DNA from: Hyphomicrobiales bacterium
GTDB lineage: Bacteria; Pseudomonadota; Alphaproteobacteria; Rhizobiales; Aestuariivirgaceae
Length of the DNA: 64,000 bases
Direction of reading: 5' to 3'
Assembly: GCA_031418195.1 (NCBI GenBank)
Contig: JANOXA010000016.1
Location: 4,594-68,593, forward strand
Made by a program: the position numbers and the translations under genes. The notes under the pieces were generated by a model, which made no database searches, had not been told where the DNA came from, and saw nothing but the letters and a program-made list of their open reading frames with translations. This document shows positions 29,772-39,631 of the stretch, piece after piece. Position 1 is the first letter of the stretch. Every line of letters starts with the position of its first letter.

Positions 29772-30241
29772 GGGGCAAATTCTTCCGGCCTGCGAGAACG
29801 CGCCAAAGTGTTCAATGCGCCATTGATGAATTTTGGCTCGGCACCATCCTCAAAAAACGCTGCGGCAACGTTGACGTATTCATTGATGGCGACCTTGGCT
29901 GGCACGTTGTCTTTGAAGAATATCTCAAATGCAGCTGCACGCATGATGGCACGCACTGTGGCATCAAGGCGATGCAGCGGCCAATCCTTGTCGAGTACCT
30001 TGTCTACCGATGGATCAAGAAGCATCTGCTCGCGCACTGTGCCTTCAACAACTTCGCGCAAATGCTTGTAGTCGGCGCCACCTACATCACCATTGTCAAA
30101 ATCATCACCTTGCACCCGCGATGAAAACTGCGCGAGGGTTTCGCCAAGATCGGCACCTCCGATATCAAGTTGGTAAAGGGCTTGTACAGCGCCAAGCCGG
30201 GCAGCAGAACGGGCAACGGGCGAGCGGCGGGGGGTTGTCAT
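29768..30241 (-). CDS. nusB: Transcription antitermination factor NusB
   Basis: RSAARLGAVQALYQ...RLDATVRAIMRAAAFE...VAINEYV...FINGAL; start taken at ATG 30241. Confidence 0.95.
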   Translation of the reverse strand: MTTPRRSPVARSAARLGAVQALYQLDIGGADLGETLAQFSSRVQGDDFDNGDVGGADYKHLREVVEGTVREQMLLDPSVDKVLDKDWPLHRLDATVRAIMRAAAFEIFFKDNVPAKVAINEYVNVAAAFFEDGAEPKFINGALNTLARSRRPEEFAP

Positions 30242-30410
30242 TGGCGAACAGGTACTTTCAAACAGCGGGAGAACTGGCAATCAGTGGATTGGCTCGAATA
30301 GACGCAGATTGCTTCCAAGGCAATGTCAGTTCACGCATGGGTACGGTGATCTTCTTGCACTTTGCCGATGGCGAGACTAAATCGACATGGCTTGGCAATT
30401 TCGCCAAGCG

Positions 30411-30537
30411 TTATTCTCAGGGCGGGGTGCAAGTCCCCACCGGCGGTAAAGCCCGCAAGCGGCCTTTCGAAAGTCAGGTGTCAGCAGATCAGGTGTAACT
30501 CCTGGGCCGACGGTAAAGTCCGGATAAAAGAGAATGG
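30411..30537 (+). ncRNA. FMN riboswitch (RFN element)
   Basis: ttctcagggcggggtgcaagtccccaccggcggt...agcagatcaggtgtaactcctgggccgacggtaaagtccggataaaagagaa, the canonical RFN conserved blocks. Confidence 0.95.
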
Positions 30538-30627
30538 GACAGTACGAAAAATCAGCCCGCGATTGCGGCTGACTGGCGTGTTGTTTTCATGTCGTCCTGA
30601 TTCATGTATTGAAGAAAGGATTTTCAC

Positions 30628-31548
30628 ATGAATCAGATTTCCCTCCCCAAAAACCGGGCAATGCTCGGTGCACTTTACATGGTGCTGGCAGGCATTACTT
30701 TTGCCATCATCAACGCCATCACATTTGTCATTACCGCAAGCGCAGATTTTGGCGGCCTCGGCTTCAAGCCCCAGTCTGATACATTCTGGCAATATGCCAT
30801 TGCACTTGTCATCTCCCTGCCCTTTCTCTGGCGCAGCGGAACCTTGTCGTTCAAGACCAAACAACCCCTACCCCATATCATTCGTGTTGTTTTGTCGGCG
30901 GCGGGCTTGCAAGCCTTTGTCATGGCAATTTCCAAGGGCGTTCCCATTTGGCAGGTTGTGGCGCTCACCATGACAGCACCGTTTTTTGTGTTGATTGGCG
31001 CGAAATTGTTTTTGGGTGAGAAGGTCACTTCCAATCGCTGGATCGCATCAATTGTCGGGTTTGCCGGCGCCTTGATTGTAACCAATCCGTGGTCGGAGCA
31101 ATTCAATGTGTTTTGGCTGCTGCCGGTTGTTGCTGCGATGTTATGGGGCGCTGCCTCCCTGTTGACAAAATATCTCAGCCGCAGCGAAACGCCGGAATCG
31201 CTGACGACGTGGCTTCTGCTTTTGCTCACGCCCATCAATCTGTTTTGGTCAGTCGGCGTTGGCTTTGAAGTTCCGACAGGCAATATCCTGTGGCTGTTGA
31301 TCATCGGAGGATTTCTGGTGTTCGTGGCGCAGTATCTGCTGAGCAAATCCTATGCATCGGCGGACGCCAACTTCGTGCAACCGTTTGATGATCTCAAGCT
31401 GATCAGCAATGTGCTGATCTACGGGATATTCTTTGGCTACTGGCCATCCGGTCTCATCTGGCTCGGCCTGGCCATGATCATGGCGGCTTCGATATTCTTG
31501 CTGATGCAAGAGAGTCGCAGGAAAGACCTGCAACCTGAAACAGCGTGA
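30628..31548 (+). CDS. ribN: DMT/EamA family transporter, RibN-like riboflavin importer
   Basis: Ten-TM EamA pair directly under an FMN riboswitch; RibN of Rhizobiales has this architecture. Confidence 0.75.
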   Translation: MNQISLPKNRAMLGALYMVLAGITFAIINAITFVITASADFGGLGFKPQSDTFWQYAIALVISLPFLWRSGTLSFKTKQPLPHIIRVVLSAAGLQAFVMAISKGVPIWQVVALTMTAPFFVLIGAKLFLGEKVTSNRWIASIVGFAGALIVTNPWSEQFNVFWLLPVVAAMLWGAASLLTKYLSRSETPESLTTWLLLLLTPINLFWSVGVGFEVPTGNILWLLIIGGFLVFVAQYLLSKSYASADANFVQPFDDLKLISNVLIYGIFFGYWPSGLIWLGLAMIMAASIFLLMQESRRKDLQPETA

Positions 31549-31570
31549 AGATATAGTTCTTCAAGCACTG

Positions 31571-31598
31571 TCCCGGCGTGGCTGTGCGGGGATTTTTT
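31571..31598 (+). terminator. Possible terminator after ribN
   Basis: Imperfect tcccggc...gcgggga stem followed by tttttt. Confidence 0.4.
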
Positions 31599-31608
31599 AT
31601 TCGCGAAC

Positions 31609-31627
31609 CTGACAAGCAACTGACAAG
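31609..31627 (+). promoter_or_regulatory. 11-bp-periodic direct repeat, OmpR/PhoB-family box-like
   Basis: ctgacaag-caa-ctgacaag about 85 bp upstream of ATG 31712. Confidence 0.45.
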
Positions 31628-31711
31628 TCTGGTGTGTGTTGTGTCAGGCTCAGTGCGTTAACTCTCCGGTCATGAGCTCACAACGGGTTCATTTTCCAGA
31701 GGAGACCTAAA

Positions 31712-32077
31712 ATGATCAAAACACTTTTGGCATCTGCTGTCATTATGTTCGCCATTGCGAGCACTTCGTACGCTTCATTTCCTGCGACTGAAAAAGTAGA
31801 TGGTTTCAAGGCTTCGAGCCAGACTTATGACCTCGAAACCAAGCGCCGCAAGCCACGGGTTCCCGGTGGTTCAGGTTGCGATACGCCTCGCGATGTTGCT
31901 GAACATCCGGAGTGCACCCCTGCTGTCAAGAAGGCCGATGGCATGGTATTTGATGGTGTAAGGCTATTGCAAGAAGCCAAGCGCCGCAAGCCACGGGTTC
32001 CCGGTGGTTCGGGCTGTGACACACCTCGTGATGTTGCTGAACATCCAGAGTGCCGCCCTGCTGTCAAGAAGGCCTAA
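31712..32077 (+). CDS. Small secreted protein with two near-identical KRRKPRVPGGSGCDTPRDVAEHPEC(T/R)PAVKKA repeats
   Basis: SD aggag; signal peptide ending SYA; repeat units at 31841-31936 and 31979-32074. Confidence 0.85.
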   Translation: MIKTLLASAVIMFAIASTSYASFPATEKVDGFKASSQTYDLETKRRKPRVPGGSGCDTPRDVAEHPECTPAVKKADGMVFDGVRLLQEAKRRKPRVPGGSGCDTPRDVAEHPECRPAVKKA

Positions 32078-32179
32078 AACCAAAAGCAATGTCGTGGTGC
32101 AACAATTGCAGCGCCGCAAACCTCGTATATCCGGGGGTTTGGTTTGCGACGCTGCTCTTGATGTGGCATAATATGTGAA

Positions 32180-33301
32180 ATGCATGGCAGAACAAACAAC
32201 TTCGGATTGATCAGCCTAATCCAATTCAAAATTGGTCATGGTGCAGCAGTGAGGTGTTTACTTTTTACAGCCGCATCTACTTTTTTGTTTGGGGTGTCTA
32301 GCGCTACAGCAGACACAAATTTGACCTCCGGCATTTCCGGCAGTGATGTTCTGCGGCCTTACGTAACACTTGGTTTGGATGAGAAATGGTCAATATCCGA
32401 TTGGATCATGTCGGCGCTGCTGGATGGACGCGTGCAATATGACCACGGAATTGGTGATGTGTTGTTCACAGCAGAAGGACATGCCGAACGCCAGATTTCC
32501 CGCCTGACCGTTATGGAAATTGATATCTCCTATGATTTTGAACGTGAGAAAATAGCGGCCATCAAACATGAACATGGGTTTGGTGCAGACTTGGGCTTGG
32601 AGCAGAAGTTTGACGGCATTAGCCTCAAAGCTGATTTGGGGTTGGATGCAGCTATTTTTGAAAATACCACTGAAAAAGGTTTTTCTTCACTTGACCGCAA
32701 CCGGGAAGAAAACATCGAATTTGAAAGTTCACTACGGTTGACAGGAAACAACGATCCGCTGCTCAATCCTTTTGTAGAAGTGGCCTTTGTAGGCAGGGAA
32801 TATCTGATCAATACGCGACGGGATTTTGCCGGCTTGGATGTTATTTTTGGAGCTACATTTTCTCACAAAAACCTTACAGGTGACGTCGGTTTTTTTTGGG
32901 GAACACGTGATGGAAAAGACTTTGGAAGTGCTGAGGTCATAGGTCCACAGATAGATATGGACTGGACGATTGATGACAGCACAAAACTTTCATTCGCCAT
33001 GGGTGCCGGAATTGAACAAGATTTGCGAGGGTCAGCTGATTTGTTTCAGATTCATTCGATGCGTGCTGAAGCATCACGCCTTGTCAGCGACAGTCTCAAA
33101 CTCACATTAGCGTTTGAGGCGCTGCATGAGAATCGAACGAGAGCCAATGAACTGGAGTTGAAACCAGAATTGCGTTTTGACTGGACGTCGGCTTCTGGCG
33201 CAGGTGTGTTCGGTTCTGCAGATGTCACGTATGAAAAAATCAACGACACGAAAGCTACATGGGAACCGCACGTTGACGTTGGCGTTAAATTGACTTGGTA
33301 A
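32180..33301 (+). CDS. Outer-membrane beta-barrel protein (true start may be downstream)
   Basis: Alternating amphipathic beta-strands and a C-terminal aromatic BAM motif VDVGVKLTW. Confidence 0.65.
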   Translation: MHGRTNNFGLISLIQFKIGHGAAVRCLLFTAASTFLFGVSSATADTNLTSGISGSDVLRPYVTLGLDEKWSISDWIMSALLDGRVQYDHGIGDVLFTAEGHAERQISRLTVMEIDISYDFEREKIAAIKHEHGFGADLGLEQKFDGISLKADLGLDAAIFENTTEKGFSSLDRNREENIEFESSLRLTGNNDPLLNPFVEVAFVGREYLINTRRDFAGLDVIFGATFSHKNLTGDVGFFWGTRDGKDFGSAEVIGPQIDMDWTIDDSTKLSFAMGAGIEQDLRGSADLFQIHSMRAEASRLVSDSLKLTLAFEALHENRTRANELELKPELRFDWTSASGAGVFGSADVTYEKINDTKATWEPHVDVGVKLTW

Positions 33302-33303
33302 CT

Positions 33304-34293
33304 TCACCAACTAGGCTTGCACTTGGCAGGGAGGCCGGGTGCAGGTATCATTTTGCCTTTTTTGTTCCACTGACCAACATCACCTGACTTGATCCTGTTG
33401 AAATCAAAGCGGGCTCGTTCTTGTCGATTGAATTGCCAGCCTTTGCAAAACGTCGTCTGTTGTTGAACCATGCTCCATCTTCCTGACGCCTGAAATTCTT
33501 TGCTTTGGGGCCAGCCTGACGACATGGCGAGCCAGCAAAAATTCACCAGCTTTTTGCCCAAGAGGTGATTGCAAACCATACCGCTGCCATAACCGCCGAC
33601 ACGATAGCGACCATCGGCTTTCATGATACGGTTCACTTCGCGAAAATATTGATCTACGTGGGGCAGCATGTCGGAAGCCCGAATGCTGGCCGCCTGTTTG
33701 CCAAAGGCGCGGCGGTAGTAGGTGCGAAAGCGTTCGTAGAACTTGAAGTGCTTGCTATATGTGGGATCGGCAAGCAGCAGTTTTTTGCGACGTTTGGGAG
33801 GCACGGGTCCGCCTTTGTGTAGCGAGTGCTCAAACACTGCATCCTTCACAGTTTGGTCGACACCGTCTACTGCAAAATAGATGGCAGAGCCGGGGGGCTG
33901 GCCGTTGGCTGCGGCAAGTTTCAAAGCCTCGCGGGCGTCCTTTGCGCCGCGCGACTTAATGAAGAATGTTTCTGGGTCTGAATTTTCGTGCTGGAATATC
34001 GTGATGATATTGAAACCAGCGGCAATGAGAGCATCGGACTCTGTTGGAAACAGGGTTTTGCACGTGGTCTCGCCATCGGCCCAATCATAATAGCGGGCGA
34101 TGGTTTTGACTCCGATGGATTTGAATGCCTCGACGCCCGACTTGCCGGTTTTGGTGGTGATGGTGGTGACGGGTTGGGAGAGATCGACGGCAGTGAATTG
34201 TGGAAAGGCCTTGCAAGCCGGGGCCGCCATGGCTGCTGCAAAACTCAATGCTGTCGCACACATGGCGATGATGGTTCTGACAAAGAATTTCAA
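33304..34293 (-). CDS. Secreted DUF1906 (GH25-like, Rv2525c-like) putative peptidoglycan hydrolase
   Basis: IARYY...TLFPTESDALIAAGFNIITIFQ...AIYFAVD...YRVGGYGSG...WLAMSSGW; signal peptide after TTG 34293. Confidence 0.8.
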   Translation of the reverse strand: MKFFVRTIIAMCATALSFAAAMAAPACKAFPQFTAVDLSQPVTTITTKTGKSGVEAFKSIGVKTIARYYDWADGETTCKTLFPTESDALIAAGFNIITIFQHENSDPETFFIKSRGAKDAREALKLAAANGQPPGSAIYFAVDGVDQTVKDAVFEHSLHKGGPVPPKRRKKLLLADPTYSKHFKFYERFRTYYRRAFGKQAASIRASDMLPHVDQYFREVNRIMKADGRYRVGGYGSGMVCNHLLGKKLVNFCWLAMSSGWPQSKEFQASGRWSMVQQQTTFCKGWQFNRQERARFDFNRIKSGDVGQWNKKGKMIPAPGLPAKCKPSW

Positions 34294-34406
34294 AATAGAC
34301 CCCCCGGTCTGGTTAAGGCCTTCATGAACAAGCAATGTTGGGTAGAAGTCAACCCAATTCATCGGCACAGGTGCCCAGGATTAACTGCGCATCAAGGAAT
34401 TGGATT

Positions 34407-34733
34407 TCATCGCTGCAAGGCTTGCATGACTGCATTGGGAATTTTTCCAATGACTTCGATATAGGCTTTTGCTGCAGCGTCCGGCTCCTTGCGCCCCTGC
34501 TCCCAGTCCCGCAAGGTTCCCAGAGGTATGCGAAAGCGTTCTGCAAAATCTTCCTGCGAAAGCCGCATCACCCGCCGCACAATGGCGATGCGCGGTGTCC
34601 GCTTCATCCGCTTGAAGTCTTCGTCCGTCAACGGCGGGTTGTCCGGATCTGTCAGGGCGCTGGCATGGGCCTCCTCATCCGTCATGGCATCATAACGCGT
34701 CCAATCAAACTTAGTGGGTTCGTTCTTGATCAT
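34407..34733 (-). CDS. XRE-HTH antitoxin with a BrnA-like N-terminus
   Basis: DWTRYDAMTDEE...DPDNPPLT, then LSQEDFAERFRIPLGTLRDWEQGRKEPD. Confidence 0.85.
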   Translation of the reverse strand: MIKNEPTKFDWTRYDAMTDEEAHASALTDPDNPPLTDEDFKRMKRTPRIAIVRRVMRLSQEDFAERFRIPLGTLRDWEQGRKEPDAAAKAYIEVIGKIPNAVMQALQR

Positions 34734-35001
34734 GATATTCCCTTATTTCCGGTGCGTCTGGCCTTCGCGCGGAAATGATACGGTATCGCTGTCCGCGCAA
34801 CGTGTACAAAACGGCCAGAAGCCGATTTTCCGAAAACCCGATCATGATTGATCTGTCTTCGCCATAGTCTTCCCGGCCATCCATGAAGTCAACCGCATAA
34901 CAATCGTTGAAAACTTCCGTTGCTGCCAAAAAGCTGATGCCATGCTTGGCCAAATTGGCTTCAGCCTTGTCGTCATCCCATTCGAAGTGCTCATTTTTCA
35001 T
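34711..35001 (-). CDS. BrnT family toxin (DUF497)
   Basis: FEWDDDKAEANLAKHGISF...DYGEDR...YRIISARR. Confidence 0.92.
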   Translation of the reverse strand: MKNEHFEWDDDKAEANLAKHGISFLAATEVFNDCYAVDFMDGREDYGEDRSIMIGFSENRLLAVLYTLRGQRYRIISARRPDAPEIREYHDQERTH

Positions 35002-35034
35002 TTGTACTGCTACGCCGTACCTACGTCAAGCCTG

Positions 35035-35496
35035 TTATTTCTCGTCTTCCGCACTCAACTCCCCGATAAGTTCCTCAAAATCCTTGGCTTCGTGGAAGTT
35101 TTTGTAGACGGAGGCAAAGCGCACATAGGCGACATCGTCAAGATTTCGCAGGCCTTCCATCACCAGTGCGCCGATTTGTTCTGACTTGATTTCGCTTTCG
35201 CCCAAGCTTTCTAATTGGCGCACGATGCCTGATACCATGCGCTCGATGCGCTCGCTCTCCACGGGTCGTTTGCGCAATGCCACGGCAACGGACCGGGCCA
35301 GTTTGTCCCGGTCAAAGGGTGTACGGCGGCCCGAGCGTTTCAATACGCTGAGCTCGCGCAATTGCACACGCTCGAATGTGGTGAACCTGCCGCCACAATC
35401 GGCGCAGACCCGCCGGCGGCGGATAGCCGAAGAATCCTCGGTTGACCTGGAATCCTTTACTTGCGTATCGGCATTGCCGCAGAAGGGACAGCGCAT
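35035..35496 (-). CDS. nrdR: Transcriptional repressor NrdR
   Basis: MRCPFCG...DSR...[19 protein letters not shown] zinc ribbon plus ATP cone; [10 protein letters not shown]. Confidence 0.97.
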   Translation of the reverse strand: MRCPFCGNADTQVKDSRSTEDSSAIRRRRVCADCGGRFTTFERVQLRELSVLKRSGRRTPFDRDKLARSVAVALRKRPVESERIERMVSGIVRQLESLGESEIKSEQIGALVMEGLRNLDDVAYVRFASVYKNFHEAKDFEELIGELSAEDEK

Positions 35497-35506
35497 GGTT
35501 TTTACC

Positions 35507-36844
35507 TCAGGTGTAAATCGGGAAGCGCTTAGTCAGGGCGAGGATCTTGGATTTTACAGTCTTTTCAACTTTGGCATTGCCTGCTTCACCATGCTTGGCA
35601 AGGCCGTCGAGCACCTCAATGGCCAGTCTTCCAACTTCGCGGAATTCTACTTCTCCAAAACCGCGCGATGTGCCCGCGGGCGTGCCCAATCTGATGCCTG
35701 AGGTTATGGTGAAGGGTGCAGGGTCGAAGGGAATGCCGTTCTTGTTGCAGGTGATGTAAGCGCGGCCCAAAGCCTTTTCGGCGTCTTTGCCTGATATGGA
35801 TTTTTTGCGCAGATCGACCAACATCAAGTGTGTGTCGGTGCCGCCTGTGGTGATGTCACAGCCGCCTTCAACCATGGTTTCAGCCAAGGCTTTGGCATTG
35901 CGGACAACTTGGCTTGCATATTTCTTGAACGCCGGTTTCAAGGCCTCGCCAAAGGCCACGGCTTTTGCGGCGATGACGTGCTCCAGTGGCCCGCCAATCA
36001 GGCCGGGGAAAATGGCTGAATTGATTTTCTTGCCGAGGTCTTCATCATTGGACAGGATCATGCCGCCGCGCGGGCCGCGCAGGGTTTTGTGGGTGGTGGT
36101 GCTCACGACATGGGCGTGTTCCAGCGGACTGGGGTGCACACCGCCTGCCACGAGTCCGGCAAAATGTGCCATGTCAACGAACAAATAAGCGCCAACACTG
36201 TCGGCAATTTCACGGAAGCGTTTGAAATCGATGATGCGTGGGTAAGCCGAGCCGCCTGCAATGATCAGTTTGGGACGAACCTCCAAGGCCTGCTTGGCCA
36301 CGGCGTCATAGTCAATTTGCTGGTTGTCTTCGCGCACCTTGTAGGATGCAACCTTGAACCATTTGCCAGATTGATTGACGGGTGAGCCGTGGGTGAGATG
36401 GCCACCGCAGGCGAGATCGAGGCCCATGAAAGTATCGCCCGGCTGCAACAATGCGAAGAACACGCCCTGATTGGCCGTGGCACCGGAGTGGGGTTGCACG
36501 TTGGCGAATTTGGCGTTGAACAATTGCTTGGCGCGGTCGATGGCCAGTTGTTCGGACTGGTCTACATACTGGCAACCGCCATAGTAACGGCGGCCGGGAT
36601 AGCCTTCGGCATATTTGTTGGTCATCACCGAGCCCTGGGCTTCCAGCACGGCGCGAGAGACGATGTTTTCAGATGCAATCAGCTCAACTTCATTTTGTTG
36701 CCGTTGCAATTCCAGGGCAATGGCTTTGGCGATTTTCGGATCGGACTTGGCGAGCTTGTCTTTGAAGAAGCCCGGGAACAGCGGCTTGGGCTTTTTGGAC
36801 TTTGCAGTCGTCTTGGCCTTGGTCTTTTTGACAGTCTTCGCCAT
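35507..36844 (-). CDS. glyA: Serine hydroxymethyltransferase
   Basis: [36 protein letters not shown]; start ATG 36844 with SD ggag. Confidence 0.97.
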   Translation of the reverse strand: MAKTVKKTKAKTTAKSKKPKPLFPGFFKDKLAKSDPKIAKAIALELQRQQNEVELIASENIVSRAVLEAQGSVMTNKYAEGYPGRRYYGGCQYVDQSEQLAIDRAKQLFNAKFANVQPHSGATANQGVFFALLQPGDTFMGLDLACGGHLTHGSPVNQSGKWFKVASYKVREDNQQIDYDAVAKQALEVRPKLIIAGGSAYPRIIDFKRFREIADSVGAYLFVDMAHFAGLVAGGVHPSPLEHAHVVSTTTHKTLRGPRGGMILSNDEDLGKKINSAIFPGLIGGPLEHVIAAKAVAFGEALKPAFKKYASQVVRNAKALAETMVEGGCDITTGGTDTHLMLVDLRKKSISGKDAEKALGRAYITCNKNGIPFDPAPFTITSGIRLGTPAGTSRGFGEVEFREVGRLAIEVLDGLAKHGEAGNAKVEKTVKSKILALTKRFPIYT

Positions 36845-36932
36845 GGGGAATCTCCGAAATACTGGGAAAGGCTGCTCTATACAGCCTTGCCAGCACGGGT
36901 CCAGAAACAAGTTGGCGCAGGCAAGTGTTGGC

Positions 36933-38831
36933 TCAGTTCACCGTGGCGGCAAGAACTTTGGCTTTTGGCTTCTTGGTCGGCACGCAGCCTTTCGGCAGTG
37001 TCCCATCGGTGCCAAGTTTGCAGTTGTCCACCAGTTTCTTTTCAGCGGGCTTGGCTTGCTTTTTCGTCACATCCGTGGCTGGTTTCTTTTCGGCTGAAGC
37101 AGCGACTATGTTTTTCTTGGCGGTTTTAGAGCCAAGAGGCGTATCGGGTTTCGCGGTCAACTTCAGCGCTTTTTTCTTGGGAGCAGCGATCTTTTTGGCG
37201 TCGAGTTTTTGCTGTTTGCGATAGGCATCCCAATCAAAAAGCCCGTCAAACTTCTTTTTGGATTTTGCCTTGGGCTTTTCTTCAACAGCGTTGGTGGCCA
37301 CAATTTTCTTTGCCGCAGTTTTCTTCACGGCAGGCGTGGCCGGAGTCCGGTCCTCACCATCCCGGCTGGAAGCATCAGCATCTTCTTCATAGAGACTGCT
37401 GCCAAAAAGCGATTTGCGTTTTTTCTTTGGTCCATCCAGAATCACGCCTTCGCCATCTCTGCGCTTTCTGCCTTTAAACAAGTCAAAGCCATCGGCTTCA
37501 AAGGCGTCAACACTGCCAGCTTTCCGGGGCACAGGCTTTAAAACGTAACGCAAGCCTTCGTCGCTGGTTTCACCCACCGGCAAGGGCTGGCCGACGGTGA
37601 AGCCTGTTCCGTCCAATTCGTAAATGTCCGAATGGAAAGCCACCGTTTCTCCGACTGGCCAAGCCGTGAGATAAGTCACCCGCAATTGCGGAGGTGTTAA
37701 AAGCTTAACATCCCGGCGTTCCAGCGTTTCAGCAAGAGCGGCGATTTGAGACCGGTTAATGCCATCCTGGCCGTTCAATATCCATTCCATCAACACATCA
37801 ATTTTTTCCACCCGCACACAGCCGGAACTGTAAAAGCGTTGGCCGGTCTTGAAGAGCTGACGTTCAGGTGTGTCATGAAGATAAATGCCGAAGGGGCTGG
37901 GGAAATTGATCTTGCCCGTCGCCATGGCACTGGTTTCACCCGGTTCTTGGCGGAAATGGTAGTCTTCGAGATTGGCAGTTTGCCAATCAACGGTGTCAGG
38001 GTCAACTTCCGGACCCCCAAAGCCTTGAAAAACTTTCATGTTCATTTCGCTGAACACGGCATTGCTGCTGCGTAATTTCGGCAGGATGTCGCGTTCAACA
38101 ATTGAAATGGGCGCATTCCAATAGGGATTGAAATTGATATCGGCCAAAGCTGTGGCAACCACCGGCGTTGGGCGATCAGGCCTGCCAACAATAGCGTTGT
38201 GCCGGGAGTAAACCTTGCCGTTGATGACCGTTTCAATTTGCTGGCTGGGGACATTGACGACCAAATAGCGATCACCGAGATCTTTACCATAAACGCGCAA
38301 ACGCTCGATGTTGGCTTCGATGGTACGCAGTCTGGTTTCAGCTGATGTGTTGAGGGATTTCAGCGTCGGGCCATCGATCTTGCCGGTGGGAATATAACCC
38401 ATGTTTACCTGGAAACGCTTCAGGGCATCTTCAGTGGCACTGGTGAAGATTTCGGTAAACTCACCTTGGGTTGCTTCGCGGCGCAAATAGCCATCCAGAA
38501 AAAGGCGGCGATTCAAGGCAACAACGGCTTTGCCTTTGCTGCCTTTTTTCAGGCTGCCACCAGGAACCTTGGGAAAGCCGCCATTGGCAATGATGTTACG
38601 ATAGCGGACGGCGATGGCGGACAGGCGATCTGCACTATCCGCAGAGATCATTGGCGATATCTTCTTGCCAACTAGAACTTCGCTGACAGTTGGTGTTTTG
38701 GTGTTGGATGGTGGCACGCCTGATGCAAGGGCAAAGTTCGACACTCCCAAAAGAAGTGCCGCAGTCATGATCAAACCAAAAGCCTTGGTTGCCCGTCCAG
38801 ATTGGGTTTTCAACTTCTCAATACCACGCAT
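36933..38831 (-). CDS. L,D-transpeptidase (YcbB/LdtP-like) with PG-binding domain and Lys-rich tail
   Basis: IYLHDTP...SSGCVRV catalytic motif; PG-binding region TEDALKRFQ...TGKIDGPT; downstream of ldtR. Confidence 0.9.
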   Translation of the reverse strand: MRGIEKLKTQSGRATKAFGLIMTAALLLGVSNFALASGVPPSNTKTPTVSEVLVGKKISPMISADSADRLSAIAVRYRNIIANGGFPKVPGGSLKKGSKGKAVVALNRRLFLDGYLRREATQGEFTEIFTSATEDALKRFQVNMGYIPTGKIDGPTLKSLNTSAETRLRTIEANIERLRVYGKDLGDRYLVVNVPSQQIETVINGKVYSRHNAIVGRPDRPTPVVATALADINFNPYWNAPISIVERDILPKLRSSNAVFSEMNMKVFQGFGGPEVDPDTVDWQTANLEDYHFRQEPGETSAMATGKINFPSPFGIYLHDTPERQLFKTGQRFYSSGCVRVEKIDVLMEWILNGQDGINRSQIAALAETLERRDVKLLTPPQLRVTYLTAWPVGETVAFHSDIYELDGTGFTVGQPLPVGETSDEGLRYVLKPVPRKAGSVDAFEADGFDLFKGRKRRDGEGVILDGPKKKRKSLFGSSLYEEDADASSRDGEDRTPATPAVKKTAAKKIVATNAVEEKPKAKSKKKFDGLFDWDAYRKQQKLDAKKIAAPKKKALKLTAKPDTPLGSKTAKKNIVAASAEKKPATDVTKKQAKPAEKKLVDNCKLGTDGTLPKGCVPTKKPKAKVLAATVN

Positions 38832-39106
38832 ACTTCGCCTCAGTTCCCGGCATTATTATGTCTTGTATAACTGACTGTTTTACCAGCCCTTCGCTCATTC
38901 GTCAAAAAAATGACGACTCGGACAGATTGCAATCAACAATCTGGACAATTGGAGGCGCAAGAATCAGAATTCGAAGGCAGAAAAAAGGTCGCCGGAAAAA
39001 AAACTGTCGGTTGAGGTTTTTGGGCAACATTCGGCATGGCAAAAGCCACGAAAATCGGGAATTTTCCCATTTTCGTGGCTCAAGAAGTTGATTTTTCAGG
39101 TATCTG

Positions 39107-39631
39107 TCAGAGGCGATAAAGGATTTGATCGGTCCAATAGCGTTCCAAACGTGTCAGGGCTTTGTTCATCCGGTCGAATTCTTCAACCGACAGGCCCACC
39201 ACATCTTCGATGGCATGGAGCTGGCGGTTGTAGAGTGCATCTACACGGCCCCGAATTTCGAGACCCTTGGCAGTCAAGCTGACGCGCACGGAGCGCTTGT
39301 CGGATGACGAACGTTCATGGTTCACATAGCCCGCTTCCACCAGCTTCTTCAGATTATATGAAACATTGGAACCTTGGTAATGGCCGCGGGTTTTCAATTC
39401 GCCCGCAGTCAATTCCGAATCCGAGATATTAAACAGCAACAGGGCTTGAACCGGATTGACTTCCTTCTCGCCGGTTCGTTCGAAATCATCCTTGATGACG
39501 TCAAGCAGCCTGCGATGGAGTCGCTCAATCAATGTGAGGGCTTCCATATAGCGATGCTTGATATGCTGGCGTTTGGCTTCGACTGGTTGCAAGGTCGTGC
39601 TGACCATCACTTGGGTATTCATGTTATCCAC
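39107..39631 (-). CDS. ldtR: MarR-family regulator LdtR
   Basis: LIERLHRRLLDVIKD...GELKTRGHYQGSNVSYNLKKLV; conserved position upstream of ldtP and glyA. Confidence 0.85.
   Translation of the reverse strand: MDNMNTQVMVSTTLQPVEAKRQHIKHRYMEALTLIERLHRRLLDVIKDDFERTGEKEVNPVQALLLFNISDSELTAGELKTRGHYQGSNVSYNLKKLVEAGYVNHERSSSDKRSVRVSLTAKGLEIRGRVDALYNRQLHAIEDVVGLSVEEFDRMNKALTRLERYWTDQILYRL

Noticed and set aside
31841-32074. ~96-bp direct repeats as a possible CRISPR or non-coding array
   Set aside because: Only two copies, in frame, differing at synonymous sites; they are coding repeats and there are no cas genes
33770-33800. KRRK motif in the DUF1906 insert matching the KRRK of the nearby repeat peptide
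   Set aside because: A four-residue basic match is expected by chance; the flanking residues are unrelated
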